A stretch of 64,000 nt of DNA from an uncultured bacterium. GTDB lineage: Bacteria; Abyssobacteria; SURF-5; CBDUXP01. Positions within the stretch are counted from its first letter, which is position 1; every line of letters starts with the position of its first letter. The position numbers and the translations under genes were made by a program. Location of the stretch: positions 73,840-137,839 of the forward strand of contig CBDUXP010000003.1 of the NCBI GenBank assembly GCA_965371225.1. Direction: 5' to 3'. Positions 17,985 to 26,826 of this stretch are shown piece after piece. Under the pieces are notes generated by a model. The model saw only the letters and a program-made list of their open reading frames with translations. It was not told the DNA's origin and did no database searches.

Positions 17985-19472
17985 TTAGAAAACCAGCTGC
18001 GCCTCCCACCAGACGTAGTCCAAGTCGTCGTCGCCGCCGAAGGCGTTCTCCACTGCATCACCAGTGAAGAAGTGCGACCACCCGGCAGATAGCGTCAAGT
18101 CTTCGCTGTACTGCCACTCGGTCCAGAGATCTAACTCTGTGCCGACCTCGTCGTCGCTCGACCCGGGAGACGCGTTGAACGGAGACGTCGCCTGCGGGAT
18201 CCCAAAGACCACGTCAGACGTGCTCGGGATCGCACCGTCCTCATCCAGGGTGAAGAACAGCAGGTCACCGTAGACGCTGACCGTGTCCGTCGCCTGCGCC
18301 GAAGCGCCGATCCGAATGATGCTCATGTTGGTGGTCAAGGCATCAAACGCACCACCCAGGTTGATCTTCCCGTAGTGCACGTCACTGGTCAAGCGGGTGA
18401 ACTGTTCCCAGTCGCCGTCCGTCGAGCTTTCGTCACCCGTGAACAGCGCCCACTCGAAGTGCACTTCCGGCGTGTACTGCACGTCGTCGAACGTGTAGCC
18501 CACGAGGATGTTGAACGCCCACGCTTCCACGTCCAACGAGTCGAACGGGAAGACTGGCGCGGCGAACGACACCGGGCCGCCAACATTCGAATCGCCGACC
18601 TGGTACGCGATCTCGGCGTTGTATTCGAGGCGGTCGTCCATGGCCGTCCCGTAGACACGGGCGCCGAGGGTGTGGAGGTTCTCCGATGTATCACCGATCG
18701 GATTCCCGAACCCGAGAAGCGGTTCGCCAACGCCATTGTCGACCCAGATCCAGTAGGCGTCGATGTCCATCATCTCTAGCCCGTAGTAGGTCGCGTAGAC
18801 GGCGTGTATGTCGACGTCCGCATCCTGCTCCGCGTTCCGGAACTCCAAGATCTTGGCCGTGAAGGCCGTGACCATGAGGGACTCGTCATTATCGTAGGTC
18901 ACCCGCAGCGCATCGAGGGCCTGGCCACTGAAGAACACGCCGTCGTCATTGTTCCCGATGAGGAACTCACGACCTAACGCGATCTCCTGCCGACCGATCT
19001 TCACGCTGATGGGATACCCACCGACGTTGTCCGCCTGGATGTACGCCTGGTACAGGCCGACGGTGTCGTTCCCGCCGCCGGCGAGGGAGGCGAATGCGGA
19101 GGTATTGGTGAACCCCGCATACCCGTTGGGCTCAAAGTCCCCATCATCCGGGTCGTTATCGACCCCCGGGATGTTCACGCCATAGATGTCGTACGACCGC
19201 AGAGCGATGAAGCCCGTCACGTCATCCGACATGTCTGCCGTGAAGTTGACCTCGGCCAACGCATTGTAGAAGTCGTCGCCCGAGGCGTCGTCATCGAAGC
19301 CGCCTGTCGCCGGGGGTCCGGCGTTCCCGCCTAATCCGGGATCCAGGTGGTTGCCCCGAATCCGGATTTGCCCGTGGACCTGCAGCTCTTCCAGCTCAGC
19401 AGACGCTTGCATCGGCAGGGCAAAGCTAGCTGCTAAGACACCTGCCGCTACGAAAGCGAGTTTGTTTTTCAA
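17985..19472 (-). CDS. outer-membrane beta-barrel protein (porin / polysaccharide-export-like)
   Basis: TTG start behind an AAGGAG ribosome-binding site. Signal peptide MKNKLAFVAAGVLAASFALPMQASA. Rich in Gly, Asp and aromatics with alternating hydrophobics, and a C-terminal aromatic end (YVWWEAQLVF). GC is visibly lower than in neighbouring genes. Confidence 0.5.
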   Translation of the reverse strand: MKNKLAFVAAGVLAASFALPMQASAELEELQVHGQIRIRGNHLDPGLGGNAGPPATGGFDDDASGDDFYNALAEVNFTADMSDDVTGFIALRSYDIYGVNIPGVDNDPDDGDFEPNGYAGFTNTSAFASLAGGGNDTVGLYQAYIQADNVGGYPISVKIGRQEIALGREFLIGNNDDGVFFSGQALDALRVTYDNDESLMVTAFTAKILEFRNAEQDADVDIHAVYATYYGLEMMDIDAYWIWVDNGVGEPLLGFGNPIGDTSENLHTLGARVYGTAMDDRLEYNAEIAYQVGDSNVGGPVSFAAPVFPFDSLDVEAWAFNILVGYTFDDVQYTPEVHFEWALFTGDESSTDGDWEQFTRLTSDVHYGKINLGGAFDALTTNMSIIRIGASAQATDTVSVYGDLLFFTLDEDGAIPSTSDVVFGIPQATSPFNASPGSSDDEVGTELDLWTEWQYSEDLTLSAGWSHFFTGDAVENAFGGDDDLDYVWWEAQLVF

Positions 19473-19919
19473 GATTCGTCTCCTTACAGACTCGATTTGC
19501 CCACACCCATCCCAGGGACCGCGTGCGCGGCTACCCGTTACGACTCTGTGCAAATCTCACGAAGCAACAGCCCGCGGAACTCTGCGAAGCGTTGCGTATG
19601 TTTTCTCTCCTGGTGCCCCGCGCACTACGCGAACTCTCTCGTGCCGCGCAGCCCATCGCACAGGGCCGTATGTCTCCTACTCGTCCGTTGCCTCAACGTT
19701 CGTTCCCGACCGGAAGGACAGTTCACCCCCTCTCGGTGGTCAGCAGATATTCGGAATTCCCGTCGAAAGGTCGAGTAGACAGAACCCCTGGCTCCCATGG
19801 GGTTAACAACGGCACTGTAGCAGCCGATTGGCCGGCCGGTCAAGTGATTCTGCCCAACCTGCGGGCCTCGGCCCGCCCCGCGGAGGGCCATCAAATGTTC
19901 CGATGCAGGCAAACTGTGG

Positions 19920-20813
19920 TTGCGTCAGCACGCCAGGACAGACCTCAACGTGGCCTCCGCTATACTGCGGGTCTTGCCCCCGTCCGCGGCGGGTCGATCT
20001 CGACGACCTGTGCCAAATCCGCCACTCAAGCTGCCGCGCATCAGCGTGGTCATCCCGGCCTTCAACGAGCAGCGTTCGATCGGCCCGGTGCTGGGGGACC
20101 TGCCTTGGCCCTGGCTCCACGAGGTGGTGGTGGTTGACAACGGATGCACAGATCAGACCGTGCCCGAGGCGCTGGCGGGCGGCGCCCGCGTCGTCGCCGA
20201 ACCGCGCCAGGGCTACGGAGCCGCCTGCCTCCGCGGTATCCGGGCGCTGGACGCGCCGGACATCGTCGTGTTCCTGGATGCGGACTACAGCGATCACCCC
20301 GAGGAACTGGTTGAGGTGGTGGCCCCGCTGCTCGACGGGCGGGCCGATCTGGTCATTGGGTCGCGGATGCTGGGGGAGCGCGAGCCTGGCGCTTTGCTGC
20401 CCCAAGCCCGGTGGGGGAACCGGCTGGCCGTGACCCTGATCCGGTGGCTCTACGGACACAGGTATACGGACCTGGGGCCGTTCCGCGCCATCCGAGCCGA
20501 CGCGCTGGCCCACCTGGCGATGTCGGACCTGGATTTCGGCTGGACGGTGGAGATGCAGGTCAAGGCGGTTCAGGCCGGTCTGCGCATCGAGGAAGTGCCG
20601 GTCCGGTACCGCCGGCGCGTGGGAGTCAGTAAAATCACCGGTACGGTCCGCGGGACGGTGGCTGCCGGGTACAAGATTCTCCTGACCATCGGCCGCCAGG
20701 CCCTCCTGGCCCGCTGGAAGCACGGGTCAGTGCCGCGTGCGGACTGCCCTCCGAAGATCCCACCCGCTGGGGGGGCTCCCCCCCCCTCGACCCCCGTCGA
20801 CCGACCCCGGTAA
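19920..20813 (+). CDS. family 2 glycosyltransferase (dolichyl-phosphate mannosyltransferase-like)
   Basis: ISVVIPAFNEQRSIG ... VVVVDNGCTDQT ... VVFLDADYSDHP motifs (DXD). Start could be TTG 19920 or GTG 20010. Confidence 0.65.
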   Translation: MRQHARTDLNVASAILRVLPPSAAGRSRRPVPNPPLKLPRISVVIPAFNEQRSIGPVLGDLPWPWLHEVVVVDNGCTDQTVPEALAGGARVVAEPRQGYGAACLRGIRALDAPDIVVFLDADYSDHPEELVEVVAPLLDGRADLVIGSRMLGEREPGALLPQARWGNRLAVTLIRWLYGHRYTDLGPFRAIRADALAHLAMSDLDFGWTVEMQVKAVQAGLRIEEVPVRYRRRVGVSKITGTVRGTVAAGYKILLTIGRQALLARWKHGSVPRADCPPKIPPAGGAPPPSTPVDRPR

Positions 20814-21029
20814 CTGCTTGACTGCCTATCACTTGTGTGCTAGCGTGCCGACTGAAGGTCCGGTGACTGCAAGAGGGGGGCCCGGGCGCTGGGGATGGTC
20901 GTACACTCGTAGGTATCTCCGGTACACTAGTCCGAGAGATCCAATGAGGTCGGGGGCAGGCCGAACACGCTGGCGCTGCACGTGTTGAGTCGCGTCAGCC
21001 CAAGGCGTGCTGAGGGAGGTCCAGTAGTT

Positions 21030-23063
21030 ATGAAGTTGCGAGTGCTGGCAGCAAGTATCGCCGGCGGTCTGCTCCTGATTGGTGCCCAATCAGTCTCCGC
21101 CCAGACGGGGGAGGGCGAACAAGTCTTCAAGAGCAAATGCCTCCTGTGTCACTCCCAAGAAGAGGCGCGCACCCTTCCTCCGACAGAGACGTGGCCGAAC
21201 TTCCTCACCGCCCACCGCAGTAAAGCCGCCTGGCTGATCGCGCCGGGCGAGGCCCGCACGATCGCCAACTACCTGGCAGGCGAGGATCGGCGCGCGGCAG
21301 GCGGGGATCGCCGGGTCCAGTTCGCGCGGACCGGGGAAGTGACCCAGCAGCTCGTGATCGCGCCAGCCGCGCGGTTGCACGCGAACGTGGTGAATCCGCG
21401 GGTGGACACGGCGAAGAATGCTTACGCCGCCGCGGAGTTCCAGCTCTCGGGCGTGCCATTTTTCGAGCAGATTGCCCAGGTGGGCCTGCCCCTGGACGCG
21501 GACCTGGCTAGCATCACCTCCGAGGATGCGTTCTGGTACTCCCGGTACAACATGGAAGCCCTGGCGGTGCACAGCGGGATGGGCCTGCATCTGGTCCATG
21601 CGCGCAACCTGGTGCTGCAAGCGAATGAGGACAACGTCACCCCGCAGATCTTTCTGGCGAACCTGTTCGAAACCTATCGGGAGCGCACGGGGTTGGAAGA
21701 AGTGCCGGACGGGTACTGGCCCGTGTACGCGGAGTTCGCCAGCGGCGCGCCGTTCCTCCAGGAGATTCCCGACTTTGACGACCCGGAAACCCTGCGGTGG
21801 GATCCCCGGAACTTTGACACGACCCTGCACCTGGGGGCCCTGGGCCATGCCATGGCGGAGCAGACCCTGTGGGCGGGGTATCTCTTGGGCGCGACGCACG
21901 GGGACAACCTCATCGGGAACGACGCGGAGGAGGGGTATCTCGGCGCCATCCTGCTCACCGAAGTCATCAACAAGCTCTACCTGATCCGAGACGAACTCGC
22001 TTTCGACGGCGCCGCCCTCGGCGAGGTGGATCCCTTTGCGTACCAGGCGAAGCTGAAGTACTTCCCCCATGCGTATGGGGTCGAGATCGCCTATGACGAC
22101 CTGAGCGCGCCCCCGAAGCCGGCGCGCTTCACCGTGGCGGATACCAGCAGTCAATTGGCGGACCAGGCCGCGCTGCTGTGGGGCGCCAGCGAGTACTACC
22201 ACCTCAGCGATCCGAAGATCGAAGACGTGTGGGATGCCCTGTTCGGCTCGCCGGCCGACGGCGCCCTCTTCCCGCCGGAAACTCACGATGTCGCGCGCGG
22301 GATCGTCAACGTCGTGAAGCAGAACATCGTCGCCATGCACTTCGACGTGACGGCAAAAACCTTTGTCAGCTCCTGGGACAACGGCGAACGGGGCAATGAG
22401 TTGCGGACCGCGGACGCCGGGGTGCTACTTATGGCGCTGGCGCGGGTCCACGCTGCCCTCCACGACGACGAAGCCCTCGTCGCGGACGTGGAGAAGCTGA
22501 TCGAGTGGCAGGCGGACTACCTCAGCAACAACCTGCAACACCGCGATGGCGGCTTCGTGGAAGCCATCAATGTGACCACTGCCGCCCAGAGCACGGTGCC
22601 ACGCACCCTCCTGGCGCAGACTATGGCGATTCGGGGGCTCCTGGCGGCGCAAGCCGTCACGGGCAAGAGCGAGTATCGGGACAGTGCGGCGACCGCGTAT
22701 GAGTTCATGGAGAACAGCTTGTGGTCCGCCACCGGCCGCTCGTACCGCACCGCCGAAGGGAGCGCCCTGGCTCTGCACACGCCGGAAACCGTCGCCTCGA
22801 CGCTGGCCGCATTGCGCGAGCTGGTGCTCGCCACGCGCAACCAGAAGGCGTTGGAGCGGTTCAAGATTTTCTTCACTCAGACGGTCAAGCGCGCCGGGAT
22901 GCAACTGGCTGAACTCGACGAAGCGGGCGAGACCGCCGACACGCAGAAGGAAGCCTTGACGCCCGATACGGACGGCGATGGTGTGCGCAAGCCCGCCTTT
23001 GCCGGCGGCCCCTTCGGCGTCGCGCCCGTCTTCCCCAGCGTCATTCAAGTCGCGACCCCGTAA
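21030..23063 (+). CDS. secreted protein with an N-terminal mono-haem cytochrome c domain (CLLCH) fused to a large ~580-aa domain of unclear function (possibly (alpha/alpha)6-barrel-like)
   Basis: Signal peptide MKLRVLAASIAGGLLLIGAQSVSAQ and a CXXCH motif at residues ~37-41. The large C-terminal domain has no motif I can name. Preceded by the ribosome-binding site GAGGGAGG. Confidence 0.5.
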   Translation: MKLRVLAASIAGGLLLIGAQSVSAQTGEGEQVFKSKCLLCHSQEEARTLPPTETWPNFLTAHRSKAAWLIAPGEARTIANYLAGEDRRAAGGDRRVQFARTGEVTQQLVIAPAARLHANVVNPRVDTAKNAYAAAEFQLSGVPFFEQIAQVGLPLDADLASITSEDAFWYSRYNMEALAVHSGMGLHLVHARNLVLQANEDNVTPQIFLANLFETYRERTGLEEVPDGYWPVYAEFASGAPFLQEIPDFDDPETLRWDPRNFDTTLHLGALGHAMAEQTLWAGYLLGATHGDNLIGNDAEEGYLGAILLTEVINKLYLIRDELAFDGAALGEVDPFAYQAKLKYFPHAYGVEIAYDDLSAPPKPARFTVADTSSQLADQAALLWGASEYYHLSDPKIEDVWDALFGSPADGALFPPETHDVARGIVNVVKQNIVAMHFDVTAKTFVSSWDNGERGNELRTADAGVLLMALARVHAALHDDEALVADVEKLIEWQADYLSNNLQHRDGGFVEAINVTTAAQSTVPRTLLAQTMAIRGLLAAQAVTGKSEYRDSAATAYEFMENSLWSATGRSYRTAEGSALALHTPETVASTLAALRELVLATRNQKALERFKIFFTQTVKRAGMQLAELDEAGETADTQKEALTPDTDGDGVRKPAFAGGPFGVAPVFPSVIQVATP

Positions 23064-23090
23064 CCCCCTCGGGTCGCCGGGCGCGTTTCG

Positions 23091-24155
23091 TTGGCAGGGG
23101 CCCGGCGCCCCCGTACACTGCGCGTGGTAGAGCCGCTCCCCGTGCCGCTGGACCCCTCAGCCCCCTCATCCCGCTCCGCGCTGGCGGAGGCCATTGCCGC
23201 CGTGCCGCGCGTGCCTCTGGCCCGATTGCCGACGCCCCTCCATTGCCTGTCCGCGCTCGGCGAAGCGTGGGGTGCGCCTGACCTCTGGATCAAACGGGAT
23301 GACCTGAGCGGCCTGGCCTTTGGAGGCAACAAGGTCCGCAAGCTGGAGTTTCTGGCGGCCCACGCGCAACAGCGCGGCGCGCGTACGCTGGTCACGGCCG
23401 GCCGGGTGCAGAGCAACCACACGCGGGATACGGCCATCGTCGCCAGGCGTTTGGGCATGGATGCCGCCGTCGTTCTTAGCGGCACCCGACCCGAACCGGC
23501 GACCGCCAACGTGTTGCTCGAAGAATTGATGGGCGTCCAGATCGCCTGGGCCGACGGCGACCGCGCGGCCTACCGGCAGGGAGTGAAGCTCCTGACTCGG
23601 CTGAAGCTCGGCGGCGGGCGGCCGTATTACATCCCGCCGGGTGGAGCGAATCCTCGGGGGTGTGTCGGGTACGTGGCCGCGGTGCTCGAACTGGCCACCC
23701 AGTGCGAGGAGTTGGGTGAACCCTTACCGGACGCGATCGTGGTACCAGTCGGCACCGGTGGGACGCTGGCCGGGTTGATTGCCGGGTGTCGCCTCCTGCA
23801 AATTCCGACGCAGGTCATCGGCATCGGCGTGGTTGAGGCGCCTCATGGCCGCCCGCGCCCCGTCGCCAAGCTGGCCACTGCGACCGGCAAGTTTCTCGGC
23901 TTTAAGGAGACGCGCATCGAGGCGGACGCGGTGCACGTGGACACCGACTACCTCGGCCCCGGCTACAGTCTTGCCACGCCGAAGAGCACAGCCGCCATCG
24001 CGACGATGGCGCAGTACGAGGGGATCTTTCTCGATCCCTGCTACACGGGGAAAGGGCTCGCCGGCCTGCACGGCCTCCTCGAACGGGGCGTCCTCGACCC
24101 GGCCCGCCGCCTCCTCTTCTGGCACACGGGCGGCCAGATTGCACTGTTTCGCTGA
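23091..24155 (+). CDS. PLP-dependent ACC deaminase / D-cysteine desulfhydrase family protein
   Basis: LPTPLHCLSALGEAWGAPDLWIKRDDLSGLAFGGNKVRKLEFL is the family signature. The true start is probably an internal GTG near 23124. Confidence 0.7.
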   Translation: MAGARRPRTLRVVEPLPVPLDPSAPSSRSALAEAIAAVPRVPLARLPTPLHCLSALGEAWGAPDLWIKRDDLSGLAFGGNKVRKLEFLAAHAQQRGARTLVTAGRVQSNHTRDTAIVARRLGMDAAVVLSGTRPEPATANVLLEELMGVQIAWADGDRAAYRQGVKLLTRLKLGGGRPYYIPPGGANPRGCVGYVAAVLELATQCEELGEPLPDAIVVPVGTGGTLAGLIAGCRLLQIPTQVIGIGVVEAPHGRPRPVAKLATATGKFLGFKETRIEADAVHVDTDYLGPGYSLATPKSTAAIATMAQYEGIFLDPCYTGKGLAGLHGLLERGVLDPARRLLFWHTGGQIALFR

Positions 24156-24182
24156 CTGCGGCCCGGCATTCGGCCGCCGGCG

Positions 24183-24398
24183 CTACCGCTTATCCCAGCC
24201 CCGGCCGGCCGGCAGGGCCCCTTCCCCCTCAATCTCCACGTCCCACCCGTGGCCTCCGTCTGGAAGAAAGAACATGGTCGTGCTCTCATCTCGGGCGGTA
24301 TGCGACACCAGCCAACCACCGGGCACCTGCGCGCGCCGCAGCCGGCCGGTGCCGCCGGTATTCTGCTTGACTACTTCCCACTGCAGCTCTGGCATCAC
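24183..24398 (-). CDS. hypothetical small protein (~70 aa)
   Basis: GTG/ATG start preceded by GGAG at the right spacing. GC-rich third positions. Sits in the convergent gap between the ACC-deaminase-family gene and the dehydratase operon. No recognisable domain. Confidence 0.35.
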   Translation of the reverse strand: MMPELQWEVVKQNTGGTGRLRRAQVPGGWLVSHTARDESTTMFFLPDGGHGWDVEIEGEGALPAGRGWDKR

Positions 24399-24502
24399 TC
24401 GATCTCCGTTTCCAAGATTCCAGGGAAGGGGGCACCGGGGTCGCCCGGCGACTCAAACCATGGTAGCGAGCGAGGGCCGCTCCGTCTACGGCCCGGCGGA
24501 CT

Positions 24503-25729
24503 CTATGCCTGTGCCGATTCCAATATTTCCAGGAAGCCTTCGATCCGGGTGCGCAGCTGGCCGGCGGATGCGGCGCGCGCGTCCACGCAATCCCCGTCCA
24601 CGTTCGTGAACGGGATGCCCTCGGCCGCGAACGCATCCTTCATGATGCGCCAGCGTCCGGCGTTCCACCGGCAGCCCCAGTGGCTGAATTGCACTACTCC
24701 ATCGACCCGGTACTTGAGCCCCTCTCGCACGTAATGGCGCGCCGCCTCGTCGGCAGGCCGCAGGTCCGGATTCTGGAGCAGTTTGAGCGCCAAGCTGCGC
24801 CAGGGGTCGCTCATGTCCAGCGGCTCCCAATAGGCCTGACAGAAGTTGTTGTACACGATTACGGCGCGGCGTTCGACCTCGAGAAACTCGAACAGGTCCG
24901 TGGCGTAAAACGGGCGCAGGTGCAACCACAGCAGGCGGAATGCCTCGCCGCCGGGCAGGACCGGCGCCTGACGATCCACGCGCTCCTGGGCTTCTTGCAG
25001 CATCGTCTCGGCGATCTGCGTCCCGGTCGGATGCCCCCACGGCAGATAGAGCCGCAGGCCGAGGGTGGGAGAGCCGAAGACAGGCGCCGGGGATCGGCGG
25101 CGGAGTTCCTGCAAGCCGCGCATCGCTGCGGCAGCGCGGTTGGACTCGTCGAATGCCTCGGCCAGCCGGTCCAGGCTCAGCGTGCGGCCCGCCAACCCCT
25201 CCAGCTCGTGCGCGATCGTCTCGAGCTGATGCGCCAAGTACTGTACGGCCTCGGGCGTGATGCGATCGGGCACGTCCAGCAGCATGTATGGCGCGCCACG
25301 TTCGCGGCTAAGCGCGTGAGCCACCTTTGGTGCGCCTTCGCACAGGTGGCTGGTACAGACGAGCGCCGCCGGGTCGGGGAACAGGCGATCGAGCCCGCCG
25401 CCGAGGCCCGCGCGCAGGAAGGTGCACGTATCGCGGGTCGGATACGCGTCGTCGGCGGTGTCCAGAACGTCGTGCAACCCCAGCGACCCGATCAAACCGC
25501 CCATGACTTCATAGGAGAGGGGAATGATGTCCAACGCGTGGAGGAGTTCATAGGGAAAGAACACGTTCATCCAGACGACCGGGCGCTCCCCGCTGAATCC
25601 CCGCGTCATTTGCATGGCCGTGTGCAGGGCGAAGAGATTCCCGGCGGCGGACGCGAAGGGGGACGGGGTGTCGTCCGCCGCGCGCGCCAGCATCGCTTGC
25701 ACTAGGCGGGGCTGGGTGGCGGTGGTCAT
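24503..25729 (-). CDS. 2-hydroxyacyl-CoA dehydratase family, subunit B-like (HgdB/BcrC/BadD family)
   Basis: Family-typical N-terminus (VVWMNVFFPYELLHALDIIPL). Last gene of a three-gene operon; overlaps the upstream subunit by 4 nt. Confidence 0.7.
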   Translation of the reverse strand: MTTATQPRLVQAMLARAADDTPSPFASAAGNLFALHTAMQMTRGFSGERPVVWMNVFFPYELLHALDIIPLSYEVMGGLIGSLGLHDVLDTADDAYPTRDTCTFLRAGLGGGLDRLFPDPAALVCTSHLCEGAPKVAHALSRERGAPYMLLDVPDRITPEAVQYLAHQLETIAHELEGLAGRTLSLDRLAEAFDESNRAAAAMRGLQELRRRSPAPVFGSPTLGLRLYLPWGHPTGTQIAETMLQEAQERVDRQAPVLPGGEAFRLLWLHLRPFYATDLFEFLEVERRAVIVYNNFCQAYWEPLDMSDPWRSLALKLLQNPDLRPADEAARHYVREGLKYRVDGVVQFSHWGCRWNAGRWRIMKDAFAAEGIPFTNVDGDCVDARAASAGQLRTRIEGFLEILESAQA

Positions 25730-26826
25730 TGCAACATCTCCAGGAACGCCTCAACGCGCGTCCGCATCTGGCCGCGCGCGCCCATGGTGTGGTCCGATTC
25801 CCACCGGAGCACCGGAATCCCCGTCGCGCGCAACGCCTGTTCGATGGGGACGAGGTCGAACAGGTGGGGGTCGCAGAACTTGATCGTGTAGTAGATGACG
25901 CCGTCGATCCGATGCCGGTCGCACGCCGCCAGCAGTGCGCGCACGCGCCCCTCCGTGTCCCGCATGCGCGCGCAACTGCTGCGCTGGAGCTGGCGCTCCG
26001 CCAGCGCGCGGAGAGGATCACCGTTCACCTGGACGTCCCGGCCGTAGTAGCGGCTGCCGGTGCACAGATCGTCCGCCGGGACCTGGCCGCCCAGGTCTTC
26101 CACCAGCTCCATGATGTACGCGTGGTCCAGTATGCCGCCGGCCACGAGGATGCGGGGCCCCGACCGTGGCCGGGGGTGCTGCTCGGCGCGCACGGCCGCC
26201 GCCCAGTCTCCGACCCGTTCCGTGAACGCCACCTTGGGCCAGCGCATGGCCGCATCCACACTCGTGGCCATGTCGGAAGCCGACACCGCCGCATACCCGT
26301 CAACATGCAGCGCGGCAATCTCGCGCAGCGTCGCGCGCATGCCGTTCATCGTCGCAATCCCCGTCGCCAGGGCCTCGTCCCCAATCGGCTGCCCGACGTA
26401 CGCGCCGAGGGCATCGCACAGTGCGCGGAATTCGGCGGCTGCGAAATCGACGGCGGCCTCCGTGCTCAGGCGCGGCATACTGAGCAGGAACGCGAATGCC
26501 GGCGCAAACTGGGCGCACCACGCGTCATGCAGCCGGCGCATGGAATCGCAACTGGCGACCGTGATCACGCCCGCCACCGGGGCCTCCTCGTGGTGTATCG
26601 CGGCGTCCAGCGTGCTGCGCACGTACGGGCAGAGGTTGTTGTGCAGGTGCGCGTCCGCGCTCCGGATCGGTTGGCACCCGCCGCGCAAGCGCCGCGGCGT
26701 CAGGCCCGCCGCCAAGAGGAGTTCCTCGGGGGTGTACGTGCAGAACCAGCCGATTTCAGGCGTGGGCGCAGGCGGGGGATGGGCGAGCGTTTCGCTGAGG
26801 GAGGCGACGCCCGCGGCCGGGATCAT
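25726..26826 (-). CDS. 2-hydroxyacyl-CoA dehydratase family, subunit A-like (HgdA/BcrB family)
   Basis: IGWFCTYTPEELLLAAGLTP ... VASCDSMRRLHDAW match the benzoyl-CoA reductase / 2-hydroxyglutaryl-CoA dehydratase D-component family. The ATG at 26826 overlaps the activase stop (ATGA). Confidence 0.7.
   Translation of the reverse strand: MIPAAGVASLSETLAHPPPAPTPEIGWFCTYTPEELLLAAGLTPRRLRGGCQPIRSADAHLHNNLCPYVRSTLDAAIHHEEAPVAGVITVASCDSMRRLHDAWCAQFAPAFAFLLSMPRLSTEAAVDFAAAEFRALCDALGAYVGQPIGDEALATGIATMNGMRATLREIAALHVDGYAAVSASDMATSVDAAMRWPKVAFTERVGDWAAAVRAEQHPRPRSGPRILVAGGILDHAYIMELVEDLGGQVPADDLCTGSRYYGRDVQVNGDPLRALAERQLQRSSCARMRDTEGRVRALLAACDRHRIDGVIYYTIKFCDPHLFDLVPIEQALRATGIPVLRWESDHTMGARGQMRTRVEAFLEMLQ

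Noticed and set aside
17590-17985. RNase P RNA, tmRNA or SRP RNA in the hairpin-rich intergenic region
   Set aside because: None of the universally conserved motifs (AGGAAAGTCCGGGCTCC for RNase P, the tmRNA tag/TCGAATCC 3' end, the SRP GGAAGCAGCC helix) are present. The region is retained as an unexplained structured region only.
19474-19920. ORFs 19523..20137 and 19351..19806 in the divergent porin/GT2 intergenic region
   Set aside because: Composition is atypical and there are no motifs. They overlap the likely promoter regions of two divergent genes and are better explained as non-coding.
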